Made by a program: the position numbers and the translations under genes
The notes under the pieces: model-generated
What the model saw: only the letters and a program-made list of their open reading frames with translations
Database searches by the model: none
Told to the model about the DNA's origin: nothing
From: Octopus vulgaris
Taxonomy: Eukaryota
Assembly: GCA_951406725.2 (NCBI GenBank)
Contig: OX597820.1
Location: forward strand, 87,730,001-87,794,000
Direction of reading: 5' to 3'
DNA length: 64,000 nucleotides
Shown: positions 39,790 to 52,416 of the stretch, piece after piece
How positions within the stretch are numbered: the first letter of the stretch is position 1
Layout of the letters: every line of letters begins with the position of its first letter

Positions 39790-40232
39790 TCTATATATAT
39801 AAAGCTGAAGTTGTCTGTGTGTGTGTGTGTGTGTGTGTGGCAGGTTTAGTAGCCTTCAACTAACGCTATCTCCGCTGAGACCCTGCAGTGCAAGTTGAGT
39901 ATGATAGAAGAAGGCTTACTCTTCATTATGTAGAAGAAAAAATTCAAATCAGACCATGTTAAGAACAAAAATTATTTATATCAAAAATGTGCTTTAAGTG
40001 AACATTTTCCTGGTTGAAATACACTGAAAAAAGGCGACACAGCAATAAAAAAAAATCGTAAAAATAGGTATTTTCATAGAAAAAAAGCACATTTTTGGTC
40101 TACATAATGCAAAATTTTTACTTTTCAAAAAAGATTGAAACTATGTCAAAACTTTGTTAATGCAACATCAAAGTCTGCCGTTTTAAGCACAACTAAAAAA
40201 CAAACCTGAGCAATGCTGGGCTATACTGCTAG
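39790..40232 (+). mobile_element. Non-autonomous Helitron (family A)
   Basis: A|TCTATATATATAAAGCTGAAGTTGTCTG ... cctgagcaatgctggg hairpin ... CTAG|T. Confidence 0.85.
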
Positions 40233-40344
40233 TTTTTACATAAAAAGATGATTTAAAAACGAAATAATTTAATCTGCATATTAATGTAACATCTTATTTT
40301 TATATATAAAAAGTAGCTGTACTGTAACAAGCTTATCAACTCAC

Positions 40345-40537
40345 CTTAATGATCTACTTAGTTTTTCATAATTCATGTTGTTGTTGTTTTTAGTGAGACC
40401 CCAAAGTTTTGCAAACTTTTCTGGATCAATAAATTGGAATGTACCAGATTTTTCATTCTCCCATCGAAGGATTTTGGGATTAAACAATGAATGTTTTAGG
40501 GCTGCGTAAATGAAGGCATACAGTGGCAACAATGACA
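40345..40537 (-). CDS. ETS DNA-binding domain exon 1 (LYAFI...[43 protein letters not shown])
   Basis: ORF 40341..40538 has the ETS signature LWG-x-x-K...[11 protein letters not shown]. tag acceptor, GTGAGT donor (phase 1-2). Confidence 0.93.
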
Positions 40538-42879
40538 CTAAAAATAAGAATTAAAAAAAAAAAAACAGAAAAATTACCTTTAATAGATTTACGTAAAGAA
40601 AGAATAAAAGATCTAGAACAGCCTTCTTTTTCATTTAGAAAATCTTTAATTCATTTAAGTTTAGATTATTCAACAAATGGTGAGTTGGAGAATTGTTAGG
40701 GTATTGGATAAAATGCCTTATAGTATTTTATCTAGATCTCTGGACTCTGAGTTCAAATCCTACTGAAGTCAACTTTGCTTTTCATTCTCAAGAGGTCATT
40801 CAAAACAAAGGGGCAATTCAGGTGGTGGATTGAACATCAGATCAGGCGCCTTGCAGTATTTGTTCTAGGTCTTTGAGTACTGAATTCAAATCTTACTATG
40901 GGTTATTTGGTTGGTAGACAAATAACCTTGGATGCCTCTGACTTGAGAATACCATGCTCCATCCCACGAGTTTCAAAAGCCTTACAAACGTCATAGACAT
41001 GGTCTTTCCTCTGGACTGTAACATTACTCACACACACATACACACACACACTATATAGGAAAGGCATCCAGCTGTAGAAACCATGGCAAAGCAGATAGAA
41101 CTTGGTGCAATCTTCTATCTTGTCAGCTCCAACCCATGCCAGCATGGAAAACAGCTGTTAAAGGCTTATATATAACATGTCCTTTTCTAAGATGGCTGAA
41201 TGTAATTTGAGGGAAATGGGCTGCTATTTTAAGCTGGTCAAGTGACAATATAGAGGTTCTTTCATTTGGCTCTGGAAAGAATAGAGGCTCCCTTCATAAC
41301 TACTCTCATTAGCTTGGGAAACTTAGCAGCACTCATTTGGAGAGAGAGGGAATCTCAGCAATGCATGGAATGACTGAAGAAACTAAGGCCAAGACAAAAT
41401 ACTTTAACTATTTATCTAAGTAACTCCTAAAATTTCAAGTTGAAACTTTACAGGGATGACTCTTTTTGTTACCCCAAATATAACATGAAAGTTAAAATCT
41501 TTTGTTGATGAAGGAATATTTGTTTTAAAACATATCTTTCTTGTGAAATAAATCTGAGGGTTAAGCTTTAACTTCTCATTAAAATGGCCAAAAAATTTGG
41601 TTTTACTACAATCTTTCACTATCAGTTTCCTGAGTCCATGAGAGAGCTTCTATGTTTCTCGAGTCAATTAAAGCACCAACCAAGAGTCTCTATTCTTTTC
41701 TGAGCCAAGTGTGAGAGGCTTGTGGTTACTGAACCAAATGATAGAGATTTGTTTTTCAAGCCAATGAAAGAGCCTTTATGTTTCTCTAGGTCCCCTGTAC
41801 ATAAAAACCTGGTAAGGTCATGACTAGAAGACATTTAATCATAGGTCTTTTGATCAGGGAAGACCTGGAACTAAAAAAAAAAAAAAAACCAACTGTCAAT
41901 TTCCACATTTCTTTCTGAGCCAATATGGGAGCAATTATAAGGTTAGTTGATCTGCTAGAAATAGCAACCAAATTCCCTCACATAACATCCTACTATTTTA
42001 AAAAAGGAAATATTGGACAATGATAATGTAGTCCCTCATCTATAAAAGATGGGATAGTCAAGACTGGTATCCTGTTTACTCAATAGGGCCGCCTTACATC
42101 TAACTACATAACTTTTCTAAAACTTGTCAGCTATTTTAATGAAGATGTAGAATACAGTCCCAACTTTTGATTCTCAGTATTTTCCCGACCCTCAGTATAG
42201 TTTCTGACATGCAGAGCTAACAAACATTTGCATGAGCCAATAAGGATTTTCTCGGCAGTTTTCTTAACTAGTGGAAAATAGCAGCTAAATCATCCTCAAA
42301 TCATACTACTATCTTAAGAAAAACAATGACACATTATTTTGTTTTTGCATTTGGTTTGCAAAATTTTTTATGTGAATTCGTGTGTTGAAGCATGTTTTAT
42401 TGTCTGGGGAGAGTCATTCTCTTTTAGTGTCTTATTACTTACACTTACCAGTTCAATTTCCACTTGTTTACTTATTTGATTTTTCTAAAATTTTCGGTGC
42501 GTCTTGACATTAGATATGATAAATTACATAGATCAAAAATGGTTGGAATACCTTTGATCATAGGTTTGCTCAGTCAGGGTTGACCTTGGACTAAATAACA
42601 ACAACCAGAAACTTGTTTGCCTATATTACACTTCAGTGGCCACTTACCCTTGAAAACTTCAGTGAAAACAATGATTTTTCTCAGGGCATCAATAAAAACT
42701 TTCAGTCATATCTCAAATGAGACTCTCCTTAATAACTTTGACTTTTCTTATTTCTGGTGTCAGAAGTTTCCTGTGCAATTTCTCCATCACAGCATATTCT
42801 GATAGGGATCTCTTTCAACTCTCTTTCCATCAACTTTGGTTATGATTCCCTCATTCTTTCTTCAGTACATTCTTCAGTG

Positions 42880-43160
42880 TCGGTGGCACGTAAAAAGCGC
42901 CATCCGATTGTGGCCATTGCCAGCCTCGCTTGTGGCACGTAAAAAGCACCATCCGCTCATGGCCGTTTGCCAGCCTCATCTGGCACCTGAGCCGGTGGCA
43001 CGTAAAAAGCACCCACTACATTCATGGAGTGGTTGGCGTTAGAAACATTGCCAGATCAGACTGGGCCTGGTGCAGCCTTCTGGCTTCCCAGACCCCAGTT
43101 GCACCGTCCAACCCATGCCAGCATGGAAAGCGGACGCTAAACGATGATGATGATGATGAT
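42880..43160 (+). mobile_element. SINE/LINE-tail repeat with three gtggcacgtaaaaagc units and (GAT)n tail
   Basis: Motif at about 42883, 42932 and 42995. Ends aacccatgccagcatggaaagcggacgctaaacgatgatgatg; this tail is also seen at about 41130 and 49200. Confidence 0.65.
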
Positions 43161-43440
43161 TGAGAACTGATGTAACGACAAAGGCAGAGAGAATAAAGTA
43201 GAACTAAAAATGAGCATGATTGAGATGTCTGTGATCACTTATCTGCTCAATCAGGACTGATCTGGACTTTGTGCAAGTCTAGTGTGTTTCTGGTACTTAT
43301 TCCATCAACAAACAAGGAATCAAAGACAAATCTATTCTGGTACTCTTTAAACTAACTACAGTGTATACTATAATGTAATTCACCTGAAATTGTCATCTCA
43401 GTCAAAATTGTTTTAAGTAGAATATTGAAATAGAACTTAC

Positions 43441-43788
43441 TTGTACACAAATTTTCATTGAATAAATTAGAAAAAAAGCTATTAAATTTGTCTTCATTCT
43501 TGGATGTGAAAGGACTTAGAGTATCTTTTGATGTGCCTGAATTAAGAGAAGTCACTTGATCAAACATTTTCTTCAACATGTTGTGTATCCAGTCTCCATA
43601 AATAAAATCTCTTTGTTGAAATTCTTTGGATGTCATCTTTTTTAACTGCTTTCCAGAGGTAATATCTTCAAAATTCTTAGATTCTAAAGTAATATCATAC
43701 ACTTTAGCTATATAGCTCATCCAGTTTTGAATATCATCTTTGTTCCAATATTTTGGAGGTTTCATGGACCAACCACATATACAGTTAT
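43441..43788 (-). CDS. ETS factor exon encoding the Pointed/SAM domain (KPPKYWNKDDIQNWM...SGKQLKKMTSKEFQQRDFIYGDWIH)
   Basis: ORF 43352..43765 has the PNT signature P-x-x-W...W...G-x-x-L-x-x-M-T-x-x-E-F...GD. cag acceptor, GTAAGT donor, phase 1-1. Confidence 0.88.
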
Positions 43789-43959
43789 CTGGGAATGAAT
43801 TAAAGAGAAGATTGAATTATAAATTTGGCAGTATTAAATATAAGAAAAAAATTTAAAGATACATTTATATAAAGTTTATTTTGATATGGAGTGTCAGAAA
43901 TGACAAAACTAAACAAAAGAAAAAAAGAAACGAAATTATTAGACACTACCAAAGGGAGA

Positions 43960-44200
43960 AATGTAAAATATTTTGAACATTTAATTAGGAAAAAATAAAT
44001 GGTTTTACATAGACTCTTAATAGATGGAAAAACTAACGGGAAGAAAGGAAGAGGAAAACCAAGAAAAATACAGTTAGTGCAAAAGAGTAGCACAAAAATG
44101 ATCAAGGTACAGCAATCAACTTACTGGTAGAAAACAATATTTGAACGATGCCGATGGTGGTACAAGTGGATGAAACAGGCCCTCTAAAGCCTCCACTGAT
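43960..44200 (+). mobile_element. RTE-like LINE 3' remnant
   Basis: 'YFEHLIR...LIDGKTNGKKGRGKPR' RTE C-terminal motif. Confidence 0.5.
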
Positions 44201-45849
44201 CAGGGTTGGCCATGCAATAGCTGAACTTGGAAAGTTTGTCCAAGGTACAATCTAGACAAGATTTTTATATGGAAGATCAGCAGTTGCCCATCAAACAGGC
44301 TCTTCCCTCTACTTAACTGATGTTATTCAAGGAAAAAGCAGGGCCAATACAACTTGGTATGAGTGTTGTTGCGTGTGAACTCAGAACATAACAAGCAGGG
44401 ACAAACACTTTGAGGTATTTTGTCTAATGATCCCATAATTTTTTACCAACCTGCCAAACTGGACTAGTAATTTATTTTATTAACCTCAGAGGGATGAAAA
44501 GCATGTTGATTTTGATGGGATTTGAACTCAGAAATGTAGGGAGTTGAAACAATATCTGCAAAATATTTTGTTCAATGCTCTAACAAGTCTGCCAATACAC
44601 CACCCCATAACTATATCCTGACCCCTGTCTTTTGGAGGCATTAGCTCTAAGCTAATGAAATGCTTGTTAATTATAAATGCTCCTACTGCTTTTAATGGTA
44701 TCACTTATCCCTTTTCCTCACTCTCAGATTAAGAGCAAAGCCAAATGTGTTATTTGAAATTTCCACACACTCCGATTGATGACTGTTGTCCTTTATGCAG
44801 AACATCACCAAAGCCATCAGATTTCATATTTCACCCAATCAATTTAAAGTTTAGTAAACAGGACCATGCATGAGTTAAATATATTTTCATTGGGGTTTAT
44901 GCTACAATACTAGGATATGAACTGTCTTTCTCTCTATTGACTAGTTTATCTGTGATTCTTCATGGAAGTTAAACTGATAAAGGAGAGAGGCTTGTGTTTA
45001 AATCTAATACAACTTGTCTGTAGATCAAACTGATCCTCATCTCTAAAATTTATCAATGTTTTATCCTTTTTTGGGAGATGATTAGAAGTGGCCAGTTAGA
45101 AAGAGTCCTTTTTCTATATCAATTTAGCACATATTTTCATTGTTAAAAGGATTTTAATGTCTGCAGTTCAGCACTCAGATTTTTACCATCTTCGCAAGGC
45201 GCAGTTCAGCACTCAAATTTTTACCATCTTCGCAAGGCATCTCACATAACACTCTAACAGTTCTACCAATCTGCCAGTAAAGTGGCTGAGTCAAAGTGTT
45301 GGATAGAATGCCTGGCAGTATTTGCTCCAACTGAGTTCTGAGTTCAAATACTGCTGAAGTCAACTTTACCTTTCATCTTTCAAGGTTAATGAAAAGCATT
45401 AATAATCATTTCTCACATTTGCATGAGGTTGCAAATTTGGAGAGAAAGCTCACTTGACCAACCCCTAGTACTTTATGGTAAGTATTTTATTGATCCAAGT
45501 CATGTTCTGCATTTAGAATTTAAAGGGAAATCTAACATCCATAAGACATTTTATCAATCACTACAATTTCTGCTACCCATTACTACTACTACTACAACTG
45601 ATAATAATAATAATAATCCTTTCTACTGGAGGCACAAGGCCTCAGATTTGTGGGGAGGGGACTAGTCGATTACATCAACCCCAGTGTTTCACTGGTACTT
45701 AATTTAGTGACCCGGAAAGAATGAAAAGAAAGTCAATCTTAATGGAATTTGAACTCAGAACATGAAGTTAGACGAAATACTGCTAAACATTGTTACATGT
45801 AACAGACAATGTTACGTATAACAGACAATGTTACATGTAACATTGTTTG

Positions 45850-46109
45850 TTTTACCATCCTTGTTTTTGCATATATTCGATGCTTTCTTCCAAGGAATCT
45901 AGTGCTCTTAGCTTAGTTTTTCCTTGGGGCTGGCCAGATTGGAGCAATCTCCCGAAATTGTGAGAATGATCTGGTTCTTGACTGAGGATAGAAAGTTTCG
46001 AATGACCCATCCTTGTTTTTTTTTTGTATAGTCTATCTGGATGTTTTGTTGTCCCTTTTTGTATCACTTAGTTGTCCAGATGTTTTGCATTCTTGTCCCA
46101 TTCTGTATG

Positions 46110-46110
<1 letters not shown>
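45850..46110 (+). mobile_element. (TA)n-associated interspersed repeat; further copies at about 50620-50990 and 58300-58870 in the opposite orientation; possibly Penelope-derived
   Basis: Shared ttcgatgctttcttccaaggaatct...cttagtttttccttggggctggccagat...cttgactgaggat...ttcgaatgaccc. All three copies abut (TA)n. Confidence 0.65.
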
Positions 46111-46155
<45 letters not shown>

Positions 46156-46174
46156 CGGTGTACGTACACTTTGT

Positions 46175-46229
<55 letters not shown>

Positions 46230-46852
46230 ATATATATAAAATAATATAAATAAAATATATATATATATGCATATATACATACATATATGTACATACTTAC
46301 ATATATATATACATATATATATATATATGCATATAACATAAACAACATGGATTACAAAATACGAAAACATGAAATATGAAGGCAACCTAGGGCATGCAAA
46401 GAGCAAGAGAAACAAATGGAAAACAAGAAAAGTAACATAAAGAACGACCCTTCATCAGTTGTCGGCTGTTTATCTACTCCACATTTTGAGCAATTCATGA
46501 CAATATGTGTCTTCGAGAAACAGTTGCTCCCTCAAACCAAAATTAAATCTGGGATTTGCGGAGGGGCAAAGCTGGTAACAAAACAGGTCATACAACAAAC
46601 CAAATTAAACGAAAACAAATAGGGTGGGCCATTAGGCCAGACAAGGTAAGGTGGCAAACACTGGAAGAATATTCTTTGATAAGAGATAAAATAGGAGAGG
46701 AGACAGATAAGAATTCCTAATAATACTTAATTATAAAAATAAGATTTTTTAAAACATTGAATGGCTGAGAGTGGTCTTGTAGGGTAAGATAGGAATCAAA
46801 GGGTGAAAAATGGTTGGGAATCACTGATGTAGAGGCTCCATCATTACTTTAA

Positions 46853-47078
46853 TCCTTTTAGCTCCTTATTTTCATCAAAATATACAACCTTTATTTCAAT
46901 TAATTTTGAAAGCAATGAAGAATTTAGTAAAATAACTGTCATTATTAAGCTGATAAATTGAACATAGATTTACATGAAATTTTGGTGGACAGTTTTAATT
47001 TAATTCACTTTAAAACAGGCAGTTTATAATATAAAACCAGGGTGACCTAAGATTTAAAGTGGGTTGGTACCAAAGAGG
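46853..47078. mobile_element. piggyBac-like MITE, related to the 38356 copy in opposite orientation
   Basis: ttaa-tcctttt ... aaagagg-ttaa. The internal aagaatttagtaaaataact..cattattaagct is the reverse complement of a segment of the 38356 element. Confidence 0.55.
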
Positions 47079-47565
47079 TTAATAGGGGTGAGTTAACTGC
47101 AATGGTAAAACCACGGAAAGAAATTACTTTTTCTTTTATCTTTTTCTAATGCTTTACTTCAAACCCAGCCAAAGTAAAATTCCTTTACTCTTTACATCTC
47201 AAAATTAATAATAATGTTCATCTATCATTGTCAATAATGACCAAAGACATCACATCAGAGAAGGATCACAGTGTGTCTGGCTGTGGTCGATCAGTCTGAT
47301 GCATGCTCAGAATGCTCTGCGGCAGGTCAGGCACCGGTGGTCTACTGGGAACTAAGGTAAGGTGTTGGCTCTGGACTTGCACAGCTCACATTTTCTTCAT
47401 GCTCCTGTGATCCCTTTCTATCCATAGGAGGCAGCACCTCTGTTGGTGCTGCTATGCCTGGCAGGGAAGTCCTGAGTTTGCATGTCACAAGTAACAAAAT
47501 AGAGAACCAGTAATGTAACAAAATCTTTTCACTAGGGTCATGGCTTTCTGACTTATTTAAAATAA

Positions 47566-47964
47566 TCAATATATATATAAAGCTGAAGTTGTCTGTGTAT
47601 GGCAAGTTTTGTAGCCTTCAACTAACACTACCTCTTCTGAGACCCTGCGGTGCAAGTTGACCAAAATTGAGAGTATGATAGAAGAATGCTTGCTCTTCCT
47701 TCCGTAGAAGAAAAAATTCAAATCAGACCATGTTAACACCAAAAATTATTTACATCAAAAAGGTGCTTTTTTTTCTATGAAAATCCCTATTTTTTACGAT
47801 TTTTTGACTGCTGTGTCGCCAATTTTTGGTGAATTTCAACCAGAAAAATATTCACTTAAAGAGAATAACAAGTAACATAATGCAAAATTTTTACTTTTCA
47901 AAAATTCCAATTCTAAAAGGTCGAAAAGAAAACAAGCCTGAGCAACGCTGGGCTATATTGCTAG
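47566..47964 (+). mobile_element. Non-autonomous Helitron (family A, second copy)
   Basis: Homologous to 39790-40232. A|TC start, cctgagcaacgctggg hairpin, CTAG|T end. Confidence 0.85.
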
Positions 47965-47988
47965 TCAATATATAAAAGTAATTCTTAC

Positions 47989-48550
47989 CATCAGTGCAAG
48001 AGTAATTGTCTTCTGGAAGGGGAGAATCTGTAGAGTTTATTTTATAGTTTGATATCTGAAGTGGACAGGAGCTTGAAGGAGAACAGTTTCCGGATTGATC
48101 ACAATTATTTAGTTCAGATTCAATTGATGGAATAAAGTCCTCAAAAGATGATACATGAAAAGAATTTCCACCTTCATTTATAGCCAATAGATTTCCACAA
48201 CTGGGTTTTATAACAACATCATTTAACTCAGATTTAATTTCCATTTGATCCTCCATTTCGATATCAGTAACAATATTTTTGCTGTTTATTTCTGGTAGGT
48301 CTTTTTGACTAAGCAAACTTAACAATTTTAAATCCTTGGAATCATTATTTTCCTGTGATGTGCAGTTACTGACATTGCCTATGCCATCAAAGTTGGGGTA
48401 AAACAATAAGTTATTGGTTTCCTGCAACAGGTTTAATAGATTTTCATGAAATGAACTGTCGTTATTTTCAGTTTTTATATCAAAATTCTTTTCAGTTCCT
48501 TTGTCTTGGTTCTCATATTCAGGTAAATCAAGTGAAGACATCTTTTCCAT
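47989..48550 (-). CDS. PNT+ETS transcription factor, first identifiable coding exon (acidic/Asn-Ser-rich N-terminus, MEKMSSLDLPEY...)
   Basis: Within ORF 47891..48745. Acceptor at 48565-48566, ATG at 48550, GTAAGA donor at 47988 (phase 1). The true start could lie in an upstream exon. Confidence 0.75.
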
Positions 48551-48661
48551 GTTTGTCTTGGTTCCTGTAATATGAACATATTTAAATGACGACTTTAAGA
48601 CAAAATAAATTATTGTAAAATTCTCTATAACGATTAATTGAGAAAAAGTGGCAAAAGTGAT

Positions 48662-48731
48662 GCATTGATGGTTCAGTGGTAGAATGCTCGCCTGCCATGT
48701 GGATGGTTTGGGTTTGATTCCAGTCGATGCA
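48662..48731 (+). pseudogene. tRNA-Gly(GCC) pseudogene / SINE head
   Basis: GCATTGATGGTTCAGTGGTAGAATGCTCGCCTGCCATGTGGATGGTTTGGGTTTGATTCCAGTCGATGCA aligns to invertebrate tRNA-Gly-GCC with mostly C>T/G>A decay and a broken T-arm/B box. Confidence 0.85.
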
Positions 48732-50388
48732 TTGTTTACTTTCATTTTTCCAAGGCAGTGCCCCAGTATGGCTGCAGTCTAATGACTGAAACAAGTAAAA
48801 GATAAAAAAAAATAATTTTTTATCTAGGGTTCCTTGCAAGTGTGTTCTGGCAACTACTTAATCTGCTAGAAACAGCAGCTAAATCTCTTGAAACACATCC
48901 TACTTAGTTTACCAGCCTGCAAGAAATAACATTCAAATCTCACTCCAATCAGCCTCTACTATGTCAAAAAGGAACACATAAGGTAATAGATGCACTGCTT
49001 CATTAGAGATGGATTGGCCATAGCTGGGATGCCTTTAATCATAAGTCTGTTCATTTAGAATTCAGTTGGGGATTAAAGAAAAATCTCAAAAAAAAAAAAA
49101 AAAAAAAAAAGGAAAGGCATCCAGCTGTAAAAACCATGCTAAAATAGACAGTGAAGCCTGGTGAAGTCTTCTAGCTTGCCAGCTCCTATCAAGCCGTCCA
49201 ACACATGCCATCATGGAAAAACAGATATTAAATGATGATGATGATGAATGGGGAAATATTGTAAGTTATCCAGAATAATTTTCAAGATAAACCTGAAGAA
49301 TTTTTACTTTTAACCATTTTTTATAACTCATCTAAATGTTGACTACATTTAACTAGGTATGACATGAAATTATATTTGGAAGGTTTTGAGTTAAATAGAT
49401 ATCAAAACTCAGCTACATATATTTTCTCAATATGCCAGTCATCCTTGCAATTCTTATTACTCAGTGTCTTATCATTTTATTACATAAATTTAACTTATAA
49501 AAATTGTCCATATCAGTAAAAACTTTCAGTTGGTCAAGAAGAAATAATACCTTGTTGATTAATTTTTCCTTAGATATGTAACAGAAAATTGACATCTAAA
49601 GCAAAATATATTTTTTACATACATAAATATATGCACACACATACATACTGAAACATAAATATGAGGAGTAAAATTAAAAACCTTTCATTTAGTGTCAAAC
49701 TAGTAACAAAAAAACCTTCTAACTGGGATTAATATGGAGACAATATTTGAGTTATGGAAATCTGCTAATGCCTGTTGCAAGATGTAACAGAAAATACTAA
49801 ATAGACATATTAAAGAATAAAATAATAACTATGCCAGAGTATATTATAATTAGTCTTTGAAAAATAAATTAATTAAAAGATTATGTCAAATAGCTTACAA
49901 AAATTTAGCACTGTTAGATAGTTTCACACACCTTTTTAACATCACAATATATCAGATACAGATAAAACAAACCATTTGTAAATGTAAATCCTGCCTTCAC
50001 TGTAATCTGTTGTTTAATTCAAAACATTGTTAACAAAAACAGCTGACTTCATCAAATGCAGTGATTGGTTGACTTAATCACTGCTCCTGATTAATTAGAC
50101 ATGAATGCATTTTACTTATAATCTAATAACAATTTTATTAGCTCCTTATTATGGGTTCTCATTAAGTATCAGGACTCACTTTTTAGTAGGGTCAAATGTA
50201 TTTTTCGCCCTTTTTTATTGGTACCTCAATAAATTGGTTAAACTACAATAGTGTTAAGGTATATATTTCAGTACACTGGATATTTTTTAAAGCACTTAAT
50301 ATGTTTACACATATTTATAGTTAAAAAGAATATATACATACATATATAGATGGGAGTGTCTGTATGTGTGTATTATATATACACAAAC

Positions 50389-50429
<41 letters not shown>

Positions 50430-50544
50430 TATCTTAGAAGTATTGGGGGTGATGTACAGATTTAATACATATGAAAGAAAAAAGATGTTCAGAATGATGG
50501 ATGGTTGTAAAAATATATATTTATTTACATATCACATATCATTA

Positions 50545-50590
50545 CTTCATATTAGCGCTTTCAACTGCTCCTGTAGTTTCATCAGATGAA
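50545..50590 (-). ncRNA. Minimal hammerhead ribozyme motif with fold-back 5' end
   Basis: Minus strand: ttcat-CTGATGA-aactacaggagcagtt-GAAA-gcgc-TA-atatgaag. Helix II aact/agtt, palindromic AGCGCT helix III. Confidence 0.65.
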
Positions 50591-50987
50591 ACTATATATA
50601 TATATATATATATATATATTAAGGTATGTAGAAAAATACAACATGGACAGGAACGTATAACTCTTAGAAGACGACACAATAAACACGGACAGGACATTCG
50701 AAACCCTCAGTCTTCAGTCAAGAACCGGATCATCGTAGTAATTTCGGCTGATTAATCTTGAGATTACTAGATCATGGCCAGCCCTCCAAGAAAAACCGAG
50801 CAACGAGCATTAGAAAAACTAAGCTGGAAGCGTAGATTTCCTGGAAGAAGGATCGAATGCATACGAACACCAGGACAGCAAAAGGGACAGATATAAAAAA
50901 AAAAAAAAAAAACAATAATGGAATACAGAAACATGAAATACAGAAGCATTAACGGTGAAAACAACAGTGTCTTACGACTGATAACAA

Positions 50988-51420
<433 letters not shown>

Positions 51421-51605
51421 CGGATATATATACATCACTAAAGTGACCAAGGGTACCAGTTAGCACTTTAGTCACTCTAGTGATGTCTATAGTTCGGCCT
51501 TTTGATTGTAAATTGCAAATAAGCCACCTTTATTATTTATTATCCATTATTATTATTTATTATCATTATTTCACACACACACACACACACAAATATATGT
51601 ATGTG

Positions 51606-51637
<32 letters not shown>

Positions 51638-52134
51638 TGAGGGAATATTATTCCAAAATTACAGGGAAAAATTCAATTTAGAAATACTAAATTAAATTTC
51701 ACAAAATACAATATATATATATATAAATTAGAAAAAAAAATAATATTCAAGTCCCAAAAGCTTTGTTTAATATAATTATTTAACTTTACCAGTTTATTTT
51801 CATAATTGCAGGTATGGCTATATGACTAAGAAGCCTACTTTGCAACCATATGGTTTTATTTTTGAGTTCAGTCCCACTATGCAGCATCTTGAGTAAGTGT
51901 CTTTTACTATAGCTCTTGGCTAATCAATACCTTGTGAGTGAATTTGATTGACGGAAACTTTTATATGTATATAACTGATATCTTCTGCATCCAGTCCAAT
52001 CCCTGTCTCTAATCATCTGTCACACTATTTTCACTAATTACACTTCCTATTTTGTCTCATATTCATGTTGTACCTGGATCCCACATCTCTTTCTCTCTCT
52101 CACTTTCCAGGTGGGCAAGCCAGGCTTGAAAAGG

Positions 52135-52204
<70 letters not shown>

Positions 52205-52381
52205 GGAATTTACAAAAAACAAAAGACAAAAGATGCAGCACAGAATTTTGTCAGTGAACAGGTCACGGTCTCAAAGCGACGAAAATATTTAGGCAAATTA
52301 AATTTAAATGTTGAAGTGAATCTAACGATTTTTTGTGTGTTTTTTAAATGGTTTATAAACACCTTCCACGCTGCAATTATT

Positions 52382-52416
<35 letters not shown>

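Noticed and set aside
42648-42870. Possible extra ETS exon (GTAAGT donor at 42647 on the minus strand)
   Set aside because: Stops in all three frames and no suitable acceptor. The flanking exons already join in phase 1.
45163-45238. 38-bp exact tandem duplication
   Set aside because: Simple local duplication beside a SINE; no further structure.
47891-48745. 284-aa ORF as a single-exon gene
   Set aside because: Its ends run into the tRNA pseudogene and a Helitron. Only 48564-47989 is bounded by splice sites.
49890-50130. Possible ETS promoter and 5' UTR exon (CCAAT at about 50064 and a GTAAGC donor at about 49898 on the minus strand)
   Set aside because: Short motifs are expected by chance in AT-rich DNA; cannot be supported without transcript data.
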